Shown: positions 21,693 to 31,613 of the stretch, piece after piece
Layout of the letters: the number at the start of each line of letters is the position of its first letter
How positions within the stretch are numbered: position 1 is the stretch's first letter
Assembly: GCA_963716205.1 (NCBI GenBank)
Contig: OY970290.1
Span: 584,823-648,822 of the forward strand
From: an uncultured bacterium
GTDB lineage: Bacteria; Patescibacteriota; Minisyncoccia; Phycocordibacterales; GWA1-40-21
Direction: 5' to 3'
Length of the DNA stretch: 64,000 nt
Translations under genes and position numbers: made by a program
The notes under the pieces: model-generated
What the model saw: the letters and a program-made list of their open reading frames with translations, nothing else
What the model was told of the DNA's origin: nothing
The model's database searches: none

Positions 21693-22322
21693 TTATTGTG
21701 TTGATTGCGTTGAACTTGCATTCGCACTTGCATAGGATATGAACTTCGGATTAATCGTCGCTGAAAAAGTAAATGAAACGCTTCCGTCGGCGTTCAAGCT
21801 GAAGTTCGACAGCTTTGCATTGCTGATAATGTTCTGCCAGTCCGGCAAATCGAATTCATCTTCCTGCGAAGCGACGGATTCCCAATCCCGGGCGACGCCG
21901 GCAAGCTGGACCGAGACGGTGCTGTTGCCGTTTGCATCTTTGCCCGCCGAAGAAAATGTAAAGCTGTTGAACCTGACATCCTGGATGGTTGCTTGCTCGA
22001 GAAATGCAAAAATCGGCGAGATAGCGACATGATTTGCAAGAAGCTCTTTGGCGACATTGATCCTGTTATCGAGATCGATGATATTTTCCACGGTGTTTGA
22101 ATCGGAAATCAAGCCGGTTTTATTGGTGGTAATCGTATTTTGTGCAGTAGTAATTTGTCCAATGAGATAATTTTTCTCAAGATAGACCCATGCGACGAGA
22201 CCGAGCGAAACCAAAAAAATAATGATTGAAATGAGAAGGAAAAGACTCATGCCCGATTTGGCACTTTTTACCTGCGCGATCGGCGCTTTCGGTATAAAAG
22301 ATGTTTGAAATTTTTGATCCAT
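21693..22322 (-). CDS. pilN: PilN-like pilus biogenesis protein
   Basis: Short cytoplasmic N-terminus, one TM helix and a periplasmic domain. It lies directly downstream of pilM. Confidence 0.5.
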   Translation of the reverse strand: MDQKFQTSFIPKAPIAQVKSAKSGMSLFLLISIIIFLVSLGLVAWVYLEKNYLIGQITTAQNTITTNKTGLISDSNTVENIIDLDNRINVAKELLANHVAISPIFAFLEQATIQDVRFNSFTFSSAGKDANGNSTVSVQLAGVARDWESVASQEDEFDLPDWQNIISNAKLSNFSLNADGSVSFTFSATINPKFISYASANASSTQSTQ

Positions 22323-22377
22323 TTCTGATGGCTATTATAACTCAAAAAAACAAAAATAACACAATACAATCTGTGGA

Positions 22378-23499
22378 CTAAACCTCCTGAAGCTTGCGAA
22401 TAGCAAGGCCGATGGCAACGGTAAATTCCGGACCGGCAACGCGAAGCACTTCTTCAAGAAAAGCCGGGTATGCAATCTTTGAAAATGGGTTGGCGACTTC
22501 AACAGGCGTCTCAAAAGAATTCTGCGCTTTTTCTTTGACGCCTTTCAAAAGCGCTCCGCCGCCGGTCAATATAATCTTGCTGATTTTCTTGTCGGATTTT
22601 TTGTAATAATCGAGAATGAACCGTCCCGTTTCTGCAAAAATATAATCCATGGTCACCGAGGACACTTCAGAAACGCCCGGATTGCTTTTATTTTCCTCGA
22701 TGCCGTTTTCGCGTTTTATTTTTTCGGCGTCAACGAAAGGAATGTCCAGTGATTTGGAAATGGCGAGCGTAATATCCTGCGAACCGCGGTTGATGACGTG
22801 CGAGGCTTTGAGAATTCCGCGTTCGACAATGAAAACTTTCGTCGAGCCGGCGCCGAAATCCATGATCATTTGCGGAGCGAGTGACGGATCAAGCGCCGCC
22901 CGCATCGTGCTGAAAATTTCCACTTCGGAAAAGCTGACGTTGAGCGAGGCGAGCTTCTGGATGTCTTTGTTTTTGGCAAGAGCGTCGTTGCTGATAACCA
23001 CAAGCAGGACTTCCGTCGATTTGTCTTCTTCGACTTTCGCGCCGTTTTGGAATTCAGAAACCGTACTTTCGTCCTTCGGCATCGCCCACCAATCGAGCGT
23101 CACTTCGGAGATCGGTACTGGAATATATTTTCTCGCTTCAAGCGGGATCATGTCGGCAAGATTTTTTTCGTCCGCAGTCGGAATTTTTATGAAAACAACA
23201 AAGCTTGAACCGATAGAAATCGACATGCCGCAATCCGCAGTCGTCGTGTTGGATTCCTTCAATACGTCTTTCACTGCTTCCGCGATTTTGTCCGCTGGAA
23301 GCACGGAGGATCTTCCGAGATCGGTGTTTGCATATGGACCGAGCGCCACTTCGCCGTATGTTTCAAGGACTGCTTTGCCGTTTTTCTTCTTCAGTTGGAT
23401 GACTTTGACGGATGATGAACCGATATCGATGCCAAGGACGCTCGCACTTTTTTTGGCGGAAGAGAATTGATCCAGAAAATTTGTAAAAAAATTTGCCAT
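22378..23499 (-). CDS. pilM: type IV pilus assembly protein PilM (actin-like ATPase fold)
   Basis: VLGIDIGSSSVKVIQL..., the phosphate-1 motif of the actin/Hsp70 fold, and later DFGAGSTK. Start at MANFFTNF. Confidence 0.75.
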   Translation of the reverse strand: MANFFTNFLDQFSSAKKSASVLGIDIGSSSVKVIQLKKKNGKAVLETYGEVALGPYANTDLGRSSVLPADKIAEAVKDVLKESNTTTADCGMSISIGSSFVVFIKIPTADEKNLADMIPLEARKYIPVPISEVTLDWWAMPKDESTVSEFQNGAKVEEDKSTEVLLVVISNDALAKNKDIQKLASLNVSFSEVEIFSTMRAALDPSLAPQMIMDFGAGSTKVFIVERGILKASHVINRGSQDITLAISKSLDIPFVDAEKIKRENGIEENKSNPGVSEVSSVTMDYIFAETGRFILDYYKKSDKKISKIILTGGGALLKGVKEKAQNSFETPVEVANPFSKIAYPAFLEEVLRVAGPEFTVAIGLAIRKLQEV

Positions 23500-23843
23500 A
23501 CGTAAAGATATGATGAACGTTATGTTATTATAACACAACACAACCTCCGTTCAATGACGTAATCCTCAAATACCCAAAAAATAAAAGACTTTTTCGGCGC
23601 CCTGCTTTCGCTCATCCTGCCCAAAGGTGCCGATGTCATTGAAATTGAAAATATGCCGATGGAAACCCTTGCACAAAAATACCGCACGCCGACGGTATAG
23701 AAAATGGCGCTTCCAAAGTGCTTTTCTAATATAAAATCCCATCGCCATTACAACCAGTACGACGATGCGCGAAGCATCAAAAAACTCTCCGCGCAGCCGG
23801 CGCGAAAAAAGTTTTGTGTTTTGCACTGGCACATTAGAAAATG

Positions 23844-24836
23844 TTATTGCAAATATTCCTGCACATTTTCCAACTGTCCCGCATACGTGTCCGAGCAATG
23901 TATCATGCCATTTGCATCATGCAGATAATACAAACATGTCGTCGTTGCCGGATTGAGCACCGCGTTTATCGCATCGAGTCCGGGATTAGAAATCGGCGTC
24001 GGCGGAAGCCCGGCATACATATATGTGTTGTAGGGCGAATCAATCTTTTCATCCGCCGGCGTGATTGGCGCCCAATAGCCTTCTCCAGTATTGCCTCTTG
24101 CGTATTGCAGCGTCGAATCCGCTTGTAATCTCATATTTTGCAAAAGGCGGTTCCACAAAATTCCCGCGACAAGCGGCATGTCAGATTTCCCCGCCGCTTC
24201 CCTTTGGACAATTGATGCAAGTTTGAGAACAGTCGTCCATTTGATATTTTGTGCGAGTGCTTCCGCGGCGTACGGAGCGAATGATTCGGCAAATTGATCC
24301 TGCAATCTTTTGACCGTATCGAGCGGAGTGGCATTTGCCGGAATCAAGTACGTATCCGGAAAATACACACCCTCGACATAATCCGGATCGGTATCGGTAT
24401 CGACATTGATCCATTCATTTTTCTGCGCATCCGTCCAGCCGAGCGTGCTTGCGAGAATTTCCGCAATTTCTTCTTTGCGAAGACCTTCCGGAATAACAAC
24501 CCATTTCAAGGATGGGCCTTTTGATAATACACTTGCAATCTGCCATGCGCTCATTGAACTTGAAATTTTATAGCCGCCGGCGGAAATATTTTTTACCCCC
24601 TTGAGCCATGCCGCCATTTCAAATATGAAAGAATTTCTGATAAAGCCGTCATTTTTCAATAAAGAAACTGATGATTCCGTTGCATTGAGCGGAACGGTAA
24701 ATTGTCCGGTTGCCGAATTCGATTGCGCCAGCTGGAAAAATATCAGATAGACAAACAAAATAAAAAAAATGACTGCAAAACTTGCGATTGAAATCCATAT
24801 TCCATTTCTTTTTGCTCCGGAAATTTTTTCTTCCAT
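23844..24836 (-). CDS. mltG: endolytic murein transglycosylase MltG (YceG-like)
   Basis: 330 aa with an N-terminal TM helix and a YceG domain (...PYNTYMYAGLPPTPISNPG...). Confidence 0.75.
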   Translation of the reverse strand: MEEKISGAKRNGIWISIASFAVIFFILFVYLIFFQLAQSNSATGQFTVPLNATESSVSLLKNDGFIRNSFIFEMAAWLKGVKNISAGGYKISSSMSAWQIASVLSKGPSLKWVVIPEGLRKEEIAEILASTLGWTDAQKNEWINVDTDTDPDYVEGVYFPDTYLIPANATPLDTVKRLQDQFAESFAPYAAEALAQNIKWTTVLKLASIVQREAAGKSDMPLVAGILWNRLLQNMRLQADSTLQYARGNTGEGYWAPITPADEKIDSPYNTYMYAGLPPTPISNPGLDAINAVLNPATTTCLYYLHDANGMIHCSDTYAGQLENVQEYLQ

Positions 24837-24894
24837 ATATTCATAATATCACAATCGAAAAGCCGTGCCGATTAACATCGGCACGGCATAAAAA

Positions 24895-25446
24895 TCAAAG
24901 CGTATTGATTTCTTCATGAGATTCTATAAAGACGCTGAAAAACTCCATCTTATTTTGAATCTTCTCTTTCCATCCTCGTCTCCATCGCTTGCTATTCAAA
25001 TGAACTGACCACTTTTGTTTTGACAACCATCGGTCGTATCTTGAACGCTCCTGTCGGACCGCCCACTTGGCAACCTTGAATAAAAGTTTGCTCTTTTCCG
25101 ATACGGAAATTTTATGCGACGGATTCGCGGCAAAATCTTTTTCCGCAAAATGGATTTCCGCCTGTCCACCGGCAAGAGCGACAAAATCAATGCATCTGCG
25201 CCTGATATTCAAAGTATTACCGCGTGTCTTAATACTCTTATATATCATTACACGCAAAATAGTCTTCATCTCCTGCATGAAAGCGTGACCGAAAAAGGAA
25301 TCCGAGTCTACGCAGCAAGAATGAATAAACAAGATAATCAGGTCCATTAATTTTCTTATCTCGTCCTCGACAATCCTATCAATCTTTTCTTCGGACTCTG
25401 CTTTGGCAAGCCCGACTTTTTTATTTTCCGTCATCGAGCCCTCCAA
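24895..25446 (-). CDS. hypothetical protein
   Basis: 183 aa ORF with a basic C-terminus and no recognised motifs. Confidence 0.3.
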   Translation of the reverse strand: MEGSMTENKKVGLAKAESEEKIDRIVEDEIRKLMDLIILFIHSCCVDSDSFFGHAFMQEMKTILRVMIYKSIKTRGNTLNIRRRCIDFVALAGGQAEIHFAEKDFAANPSHKISVSEKSKLLFKVAKWAVRQERSRYDRWLSKQKWSVHLNSKRWRRGWKEKIQNKMEFFSVFIESHEEINTL

Positions 25447-25569
25447 TTTTTATTTTCGCAGAGTGCGAATGACAATCTGCCGCAAATATATCATGATTCA
25501 AAAAGAAAAGCGATAAAAAAAATTTAAAACTAGAATAAAAAATAATAATATGGTATCTTTGCCAAATAC

Positions 25570-25658
25570 GGAGACGTGGCTGAGTGGTCGAAAGCGCCTC
25601 ACTGCTAACGAGGTGGACCCGTTAAACGGTCTCGTGAGTTCGAATCTCACCGTCTCCG
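25570..25658 (+). tRNA. tRNA-Ser (anticodon GCT), class II with long variable arm
   Basis: ggagacg...anticodon loop CUGCUAA...long variable arm ggacccgttaaacggtctc...T-arm gtgagTTCGAATctcac...cgtctccg. Confidence 0.8.
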
Positions 25659-25695
25659 CAGACGAAAATTCGCTGGCAAGCCAGCGAATTTTTAT

Positions 25696-26187
25696 TTATT
25701 TTTCCGCGCCATCTTCACGGTCAAAACTGCCGATATTCCTGTGATGGGAAAATTTCAGAAGCTGATGCTCAATAAACCAAAAGATAATGAAGACGACGAG
25801 CGCAGCGATGGTGCCGACAAGCGCAAGCTCAAAAAATCCAAATCCCGCCGCCATACCGACGCCGGCCGAAACCCATAGCCCCGCTGCAGTCGTCAACTCG
25901 GCAACTTTATGGTGGTCCGGCTGAAAAAGAACAAGACCTGCACCGATAAAACCAATACCGGTAATGACAGCTCCTGGAATGACAACTGCACTCGTCGCAG
26001 AAGCATTCGCCCCGCTCGCCAGAATATATTCTGAAATAAGGGCAAAAAGTGATGAACCAATGGCGACCATTGCATATGTCCGCATACCGGCGGTCTTACC
26101 CGCAAATGTCCGTTCAAGTCCGAGCACCGAAGCAAGCCCGATCGCCACGAGAACCCGCACGATAATTTCAGTCGTCGTAATATCCAT
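25696..26187 (-). CDS. MgtC/SapB family membrane protein
   Basis: 163 aa, ...RVLVAIGLASVLGLERTFAGKTAGMRTYAMVAIGSSLFALIS..., typical MgtC N-domain. Confidence 0.75.
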   Translation of the reverse strand: MDITTTEIIVRVLVAIGLASVLGLERTFAGKTAGMRTYAMVAIGSSLFALISEYILASGANASATSAVVIPGAVITGIGFIGAGLVLFQPDHHKVAELTTAAGLWVSAGVGMAAGFGFFELALVGTIAALVVFIIFWFIEHQLLKFSHHRNIGSFDREDGAEK

Positions 26188-26261
26188 AAAATAAATTATT
26201 TTTTGCTAATGCGGCGATTATATCATATTCACGATTTTCTGTGGAATGCTACAATGGTTCA

Positions 26262-28421
26262 ATGAATTTCAATTCCCCACTCGAGCCAATCGTTCGCCCA
26301 AATGAATTTGAAAAAAAAGCGCTCAAAAAGCTTGGTCTCAAAACCGTCGGCGATTTGCTCTATTATTTTCCCGCGCGCTACGGCGACACGTCGGAAAAAA
26401 GAAATATCGGAAGTCTTCTTACCGGCGAAAAAGCGGTAATCTTCGGCAAAATTTCCGGACTCAAAACAAGCAAAGGATTTCGGAGCAAAATCCCGATGTC
26501 GCAAGCAACGATTGAAGACGAGTCAGGAAAAATAAAAGCAGTGTGGTTCCACCAGCCGTACATAGCAAAAATAATCCATGATGGAGCATTCGTCCGCGCA
26601 GACGGAAAAGTCTCCGAACGGAAAGGAGAATTGTATTTTTCAAATCCAAAGATCGAAACAGTTACAAAACTTCCGATCGGCGTCGGCGATTCACTTTTCG
26701 GAAACGACGGCGAAGCGCATTCGCTTTATCCGGTGTATCCGGAGACGAAAGGCGTCACATCAAACTGGCTGTATCATAAAATACAGAAAATTTTCAGTTC
26801 GGAAATTCTCGATGCTTTGGAAGATCCGATACCGGAATATATTTTGGACGCGTATAATCTTCCGTCTCTGAAAACCGCGCTCGTCTGGATTCACATTCCG
26901 CAAAAACAAAATGATGCGCTCGCCGCGCGAAAACGATTTGCATTCGAGGAAATTTTTTTCATCCAGCTGCAGAAAAAGAAAGATAGGATGGCTTGGAATA
27001 AAAATCCTTCGTATGTCATTTCAAAAACTCCGGCGGAAATTGAAGCATTTACCAAACGATTTCCATTTGAGATGACCGATGCTCAACACAGTGCGATTGA
27101 AAAGATCCTTGGCGATTTCAAAGCCGGTCATGCGATGGCACGATTGCTTGAGGGCGATGTCGGTTCCGGAAAAACTGCGGTCGCCGCGGCAACAGCGTTT
27201 GCAATCATTTCTTCGCGGCCAGCTGGACAGACTTTTGGCAATCTGCAGGCCGCATACATGGTGCCGACCGAAATTCTCGCCAAGCAGCATTTCGAATCGT
27301 TCATCGAATATTTTACACATCTGGGAATTCAAGTCGGATTGATCACCGGAAAAGAATGCAGAAAATTTCCGTCAAAAGTAAATCCAAAAGGCTGGACAAA
27401 AATTTCCCGCGCGCAATTATTAAAGTGGGTTGCAAACGGCGAAATACCGATACTCATCGGCACGCATGTGCTCATCCAAAAATCCGTCAAATTCAAGCAT
27501 CTTGCATACGTCATTATTGACGAACAGCATCGCTTCGGCACTTTGCAAAGACAAAAGCTCACGCGGAAAGAAGGTCTCAATCCGCATCTTTTGTCTATGA
27601 CCGCAACGCCGATTCCCCGCACTTTATCGCTCACTCTCTATGGCGATCTCGATATCACTCTGCTTGATCAAATGCCTGCGGGCAGAAAACCGATTATTAC
27701 GGAAATTGTTTTGCCAAACAACAGAAATGAAACGTATGAAAAAATAAAAATTGCGCTTAACACCGGACGGCAAGCATATGTCATCTGCCCGAGAATCGAT
27801 GTTCCCGATCCTGAAAAAGAAATGGCGGTTATTGCAAAATCAGTCAAAGAAGAAGCAGAAAGATTGAAACGGGATGTATTTCAAAAATATGAAATCGGAA
27901 TTCTTCATTCTAAAATGCTTCAGAGCGAAAAAGAAAAAGTGATGCATGATTTCACATCGGGTAAAATAAAAATTCTTATCGCTACCTCGGTCGTCGAAGT
28001 CGGCGTCAACGTGCCGAATGCGACGATTATCATTATCGAAGGTGCGGAAAGGTTCGGTCTTGCCCAATTGCATCAGCTTCGCGGGAGGGTCTTGCGGAGC
28101 AATCATCAGGCGTACTGCTATGTTTTTGCGCAAGCGAAAACGGAAAAAACTCTGGAGCGGTTGAAAGCATTCAAAAAAACTTCCAATGGCTTTGAACTTG
28201 CCGAGTTTGATCTGAAACTTCGCGGTGCGGGAGAGCTTGCCGGCGGCAAGCAATGGGGCATTAGCGACATCGGCATGGAAGCGATACGAAATATAAAAAT
28301 GGTCGAAGCTGCGCGAAACGAGGCAGAGAAAATTTTACAAGAAGATGAAACTCTTTCGCAATTCCCTCTCATTGTTAAAAAGCTTGCTGAAAGAAAAACG
28401 GAAGAGATTCATTTTGAATAA
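26262..28421 (+). CDS. recG: ATP-dependent DNA helicase RecG
   Basis: Wedge/OB domain at the N-terminus, and helicase motifs I (DVGSGKT), II (DEQHRFG) and VI (QLRGRVLR). Confidence 0.85.
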   Translation: MNFNSPLEPIVRPNEFEKKALKKLGLKTVGDLLYYFPARYGDTSEKRNIGSLLTGEKAVIFGKISGLKTSKGFRSKIPMSQATIEDESGKIKAVWFHQPYIAKIIHDGAFVRADGKVSERKGELYFSNPKIETVTKLPIGVGDSLFGNDGEAHSLYPVYPETKGVTSNWLYHKIQKIFSSEILDALEDPIPEYILDAYNLPSLKTALVWIHIPQKQNDALAARKRFAFEEIFFIQLQKKKDRMAWNKNPSYVISKTPAEIEAFTKRFPFEMTDAQHSAIEKILGDFKAGHAMARLLEGDVGSGKTAVAAATAFAIISSRPAGQTFGNLQAAYMVPTEILAKQHFESFIEYFTHLGIQVGLITGKECRKFPSKVNPKGWTKISRAQLLKWVANGEIPILIGTHVLIQKSVKFKHLAYVIIDEQHRFGTLQRQKLTRKEGLNPHLLSMTATPIPRTLSLTLYGDLDITLLDQMPAGRKPIITEIVLPNNRNETYEKIKIALNTGRQAYVICPRIDVPDPEKEMAVIAKSVKEEAERLKRDVFQKYEIGILHSKMLQSEKEKVMHDFTSGKIKILIATSVVEVGVNVPNATIIIIEGAERFGLAQLHQLRGRVLRSNHQAYCYVFAQAKTEKTLERLKAFKKTSNGFELAEFDLKLRGAGELAGGKQWGISDIGMEAIRNIKMVEAARNEAEKILQEDETLSQFPLIVKKLAERKTEEIHFE

Positions 28422-28459
28422 ATTGCGAAAAGGTAATTTTTGATATACTATCTGCCCAT

Positions 28460-28533
28460 GCGCGTGTAGCTCAGCTGGTCAGAGCGCGAAGCTTATACCT
28501 TCGTGGTCCCTGGTTCGAATCCAGGCACGCGCA
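28460..28533 (+). tRNA. tRNA-Ile (anticodon TAT/UAU)
   Basis: gcgcgtgtagctcagctggtcagagcgcgaagCTTATACcttcgtggtccctggTTCGAATccaggcacgcgca. It folds as a clean cloverleaf with U33, anticodon U34-A35-U36 and A37. Confidence 0.7.
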
Positions 28534-28556
28534 CAAAATAAAGGCTATTTTTCTAC

Positions 28557-28745
28557 TTGACAAGAGTATTATTTGGTAATATAATGCGAAAACAAAGTAT
28601 GGCGGAAAATTTTGAACCAAAAGAAGAAATTTCAACGGAAAAAAAACCTGATATACTGGATGATAAATTTCGTGTTGAGGAAGTTTTTAAAAAATTGTCG
28701 GAATTAAGAAAGGTTCAAGAGAACACTCAGTCAAAATCTTTATAA
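28557..28745 (+). CDS. hypothetical small protein (AT-rich islet)
   Basis: 62 aa ORF in an AT-rich segment downstream of tRNA-Ile. Confidence 0.3.
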   Translation: MTRVLFGNIMRKQSMAENFEPKEEISTEKKPDILDDKFRVEEVFKKLSELRKVQENTQSKSL

Positions 28746-28766
28746 AATAATTTAAATAAAAAAAAT

Positions 28767-29084
28767 ATGAAACCCGAAAATATAAATAATAATGAAAAAC
28801 ATGAGCTTATTGGAGAAATTTTTGAAACTCAGGCAATGGCCGCAGAATTAATAAAATATGGAATCGGGATTGAGAATAAAGAACTTATTGATGATTTGAT
28901 ACAAAAAAGAGAATTTACAATTAATGAATTAGCTGGAAGTTTATCAGAACAAGAAGTGAATGAGTTAACTAGACCATATCTTGAGGAAAATGATGATAAT
29001 ATTCCTCTTGATTTTGATTCTCGTAAAAAATATTACGCAGCAAGAATTTTGATAAAAATTACAGAGAGTACGAAAGCAGCTTAA
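28767..29084 (+). CDS. hypothetical acidic protein (AT-rich islet)
   Basis: 105 aa, followed by a perfect palindromic terminator. Confidence 0.4.
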   Translation: MKPENINNNEKHELIGEIFETQAMAAELIKYGIGIENKELIDDLIQKREFTINELAGSLSEQEVNELTRPYLEENDDNIPLDFDSRKKYYAARILIKITESTKAA

Positions 29085-29140
29085 ATTCAATATTAAAAAG
29101 AGCGGCACCCTAGGGTGCCGCTCTTTTTAATATTGAATTG
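29084..29140. terminator. bidirectional Rho-independent terminator; about 54-nt perfect palindrome with 27-bp arms
   Basis: aattcaatattaaaaagagcggcaccc-tagg-gtgccgctctttttaatattgaatt, between convergent genes. Confidence 0.65.
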
Positions 29141-29146
29141 TATTTT

Positions 29147-31108
29147 TTATACTTTCATTCCCGCCTGCTCGATCACCTCTTTCTTTTTCGGCACAATGCC
29201 GTTTGCAATCAAAAGCTTCTCGAATTCTTCGCGCTCAATCGTCTCGATTTCTATCAATCTTTGTGCGATAGCATCCAATGCTTTGCGGTGATCGGTGATT
29301 ATTTTCTGCGCGCGATTTTTATTGTCATTCATTATAGCTGAAACTTCCGCATCAATCTCGGCGCTGACTCTGTCAGAATATTCTTTGTCCTCGACTCCTT
29401 TGCCAAACATCGCCCGTCCGCCTTCACCTTCAAGCGCGACCGGACCGAATTTGTCGGACATTCCATATTTTGTCACCATATCCCTCGCAAGAGCCGTAGC
29501 AACCTGCAAGTCGTTTGAAGGACCCGTTGTCAGATCGCCAAAAATAGTTTTCTCCGCGACATATCCGCCGAGTGATACTGCAATGTCATCGAGAAATTCT
29601 TTTTTCGATTGCAATCTCTTGTCCTCAAACGGCAGATGAAGCGTGTATCCGCCGGCTCGTCCGCGGGCGATGATTGAAATTTTATGCACCGGATCCGCAT
29701 GAACGAGTACGGAAGACACCAGTGCATGCCCGGCTTCGTGATACGCGGTGATCTCTTTTTCTTTTTTGGAAAGAATATGACTCTTTCGCTCCGGACCCAT
29801 CATGACTTTTTCGATGGAACGAATCAGATCAAACTGGGAAACTTTCTGCCTGCCTTCCCGCGCCGCGAGAATGGCTCCTTCATTCATCAGCGAATACAAA
29901 TCCGCGCCGGAAAATCCCGGAGTCCTTTCCGCAATAACGCGCAAGTTCACGTCTTCGGCAAATGGTTTCTCTTTTGAATGGACTTTCAAAATTGCTTCGC
30001 GATCATTTCGATCCGGCAAATCAATAATGACTCTTCGGTCAAATCTTCCCGGCCTCAAGAGCGCGGTATCCAAAACATCCGGCCGGTTCGTCGCCGCCAT
30101 AACAATGACTTTTTCATTCTGCTCGAAGCCGTCCATCTCAACGAGAATCTGGTTTAGCGTCTGTTCACGTTCGTCATTGCCTCCGCCCATTCCGCCGCCG
30201 CGCACTCGTCCGACAGCATCAATCTCATCGATAAATATGATGGCTGGCGCTGCAGACTTCGCCATTTTGAACAAATCTCGCACGCGGGAGGCGCCGACTC
30301 CGACGAACATTTCCACAAATTCCGATCCGGAAATAGAAAAGAATGCGACTCCGGCTTCACCGGCAACAGCCCGCGCGAGCAAAGTCTTTCCCGTTCCCGG
30401 TGCACCCATCAAAAGAATTCCTTTCGGAATTTTTGCCCCGATATCAAGGAATTTTTTTGGATTTTTCAGGAAATCCACGACTTCCGTTAATTCTTCCTTT
30501 GCTTCTTTCGCTCCGGCAACATCAGCAAACGTCACGCGCTGTTTTTTGTCCGACGGTAAAATAATTCTCGCTTTTGATTGCCCGAAAGACATCGCCTGCA
30601 TGCCGGCACCTTTCATCTGCCGCGTGATAATCCAGATAAAAATTCCAATAATGACGAGCGGAATGACAAACGGCGCAAGATTGATAAACCAATATGAAAA
30701 ACCAGTATCGCTTTCAATCGTAATATCGACTTTATCAAGAGCAGCGGAATTCACTTTGTAATTCGCCAGAGTTTCCGTCAGTGCCACACCTTCTTCTTTT
30801 TTGGAAGTTTTCACGACCGGTGTTGAAGTCGCAGTCGTCGTCGCATACGTAATCGTCAGATCATCGCCCGAAACATTAATACTTGAAACAAGCCCGGAAT
30901 TGATATCACTCGCCACCTGCGAAATGGAAATCTGCTGGTTGGAACTTCCGCCGGAAAAAATCGCAGAATATAAAACAGATACGATAATAAGAATCAAAAT
31001 GGCATTTATTATTTTGGTGAACGAAGACATCGGTCCGCCAAATCTCGGCATTTTGCTTTTGTTTCCGTTTTGTTTTTTCGCCGGTTTTTTGTTTTTTTGA
31101 TTATCCAT
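29147..31108 (-). CDS. ftsH: ATP-dependent zinc metalloprotease FtsH
   Basis: Two TM helices, AAA+ Walker [15 protein letters not shown], and zinc motif HEAGHAL. Confidence 0.9.
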   Translation of the reverse strand: MDNQKNKKPAKKQNGNKSKMPRFGGPMSSFTKIINAILILIIVSVLYSAIFSGGSSNQQISISQVASDINSGLVSSINVSGDDLTITYATTTATSTPVVKTSKKEEGVALTETLANYKVNSAALDKVDITIESDTGFSYWFINLAPFVIPLVIIGIFIWIITRQMKGAGMQAMSFGQSKARIILPSDKKQRVTFADVAGAKEAKEELTEVVDFLKNPKKFLDIGAKIPKGILLMGAPGTGKTLLARAVAGEAGVAFFSISGSEFVEMFVGVGASRVRDLFKMAKSAAPAIIFIDEIDAVGRVRGGGMGGGNDEREQTLNQILVEMDGFEQNEKVIVMAATNRPDVLDTALLRPGRFDRRVIIDLPDRNDREAILKVHSKEKPFAEDVNLRVIAERTPGFSGADLYSLMNEGAILAAREGRQKVSQFDLIRSIEKVMMGPERKSHILSKKEKEITAYHEAGHALVSSVLVHADPVHKISIIARGRAGGYTLHLPFEDKRLQSKKEFLDDIAVSLGGYVAEKTIFGDLTTGPSNDLQVATALARDMVTKYGMSDKFGPVALEGEGGRAMFGKGVEDKEYSDRVSAEIDAEVSAIMNDNKNRAQKIITDHRKALDAIAQRLIEIETIEREEFEKLLIANGIVPKKKEVIEQAGMKV

Positions 31109-31165
31109 AGATTGCCCAATATAACACAGATTTCAGATTTTATAAATATCTGCTAGTATTAACGC

Positions 31166-31612
31166 ATGGCACCATTTGCTCAAAACAGAAAAGCACATTT
31201 CAACTATGAAATCCTTGAGAAAATCACGGCGGGCATTGAACTCGTCGGTTTTGAAGTCAAAGCGATCAAAGCCGGTCGCATCACGCTTGATGGCGCATAC
31301 GTCATTATCCGCGGCGGAGAAGCATTCCTTGTTGGCACGCAAGTTACGCCCATTCAGCCGAAAAATACTCCGAAAGATTTTGACGAGCGAAGAAATCGCA
31401 AACTTCTTTTGACCAAAAAAGAAATCCCGCGTCTCGCCGGCATGGAAAACAAACAAGGATTGACAATCATTCCACTTTCAGTGTATAATATTGGATACAA
31501 GCTCAAAGTCGAGCTTGGCATTGCCAGGGGCAAAAAGAAAAGCGACAAGCGCGAATCAATAAAATCTCGCGAGTCCGCCCGGGAAATGGACAGGACATTG
31601 AAAGGAAAATAA
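31166..31612 (+). CDS. smpB: SsrA-binding protein
   Basis: 148 aa, ...NRKAHFNYEILEKITAGIELVGFEVKAIKAG..., with a C-terminal basic tail. Confidence 0.85.
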   Translation: MAPFAQNRKAHFNYEILEKITAGIELVGFEVKAIKAGRITLDGAYVIIRGGEAFLVGTQVTPIQPKNTPKDFDERRNRKLLLTKKEIPRLAGMENKQGLTIIPLSVYNIGYKLKVELGIARGKKKSDKRESIKSRESAREMDRTLKGK

Positions 31613-31613
31613 T

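Noticed and set aside
22649-23470. 273-aa plus-strand ORF
   Set aside because: Lies wholly antisense inside pilM. It is Ser/Thr-rich and low-complexity with no motifs, so it is a shadow ORF.
29802-30761. 319-aa plus-strand ORF
   Set aside because: Antisense to ftsH, which has unambiguous AAA+ and HEXXH motifs. Composition is typical of a shadow ORF.
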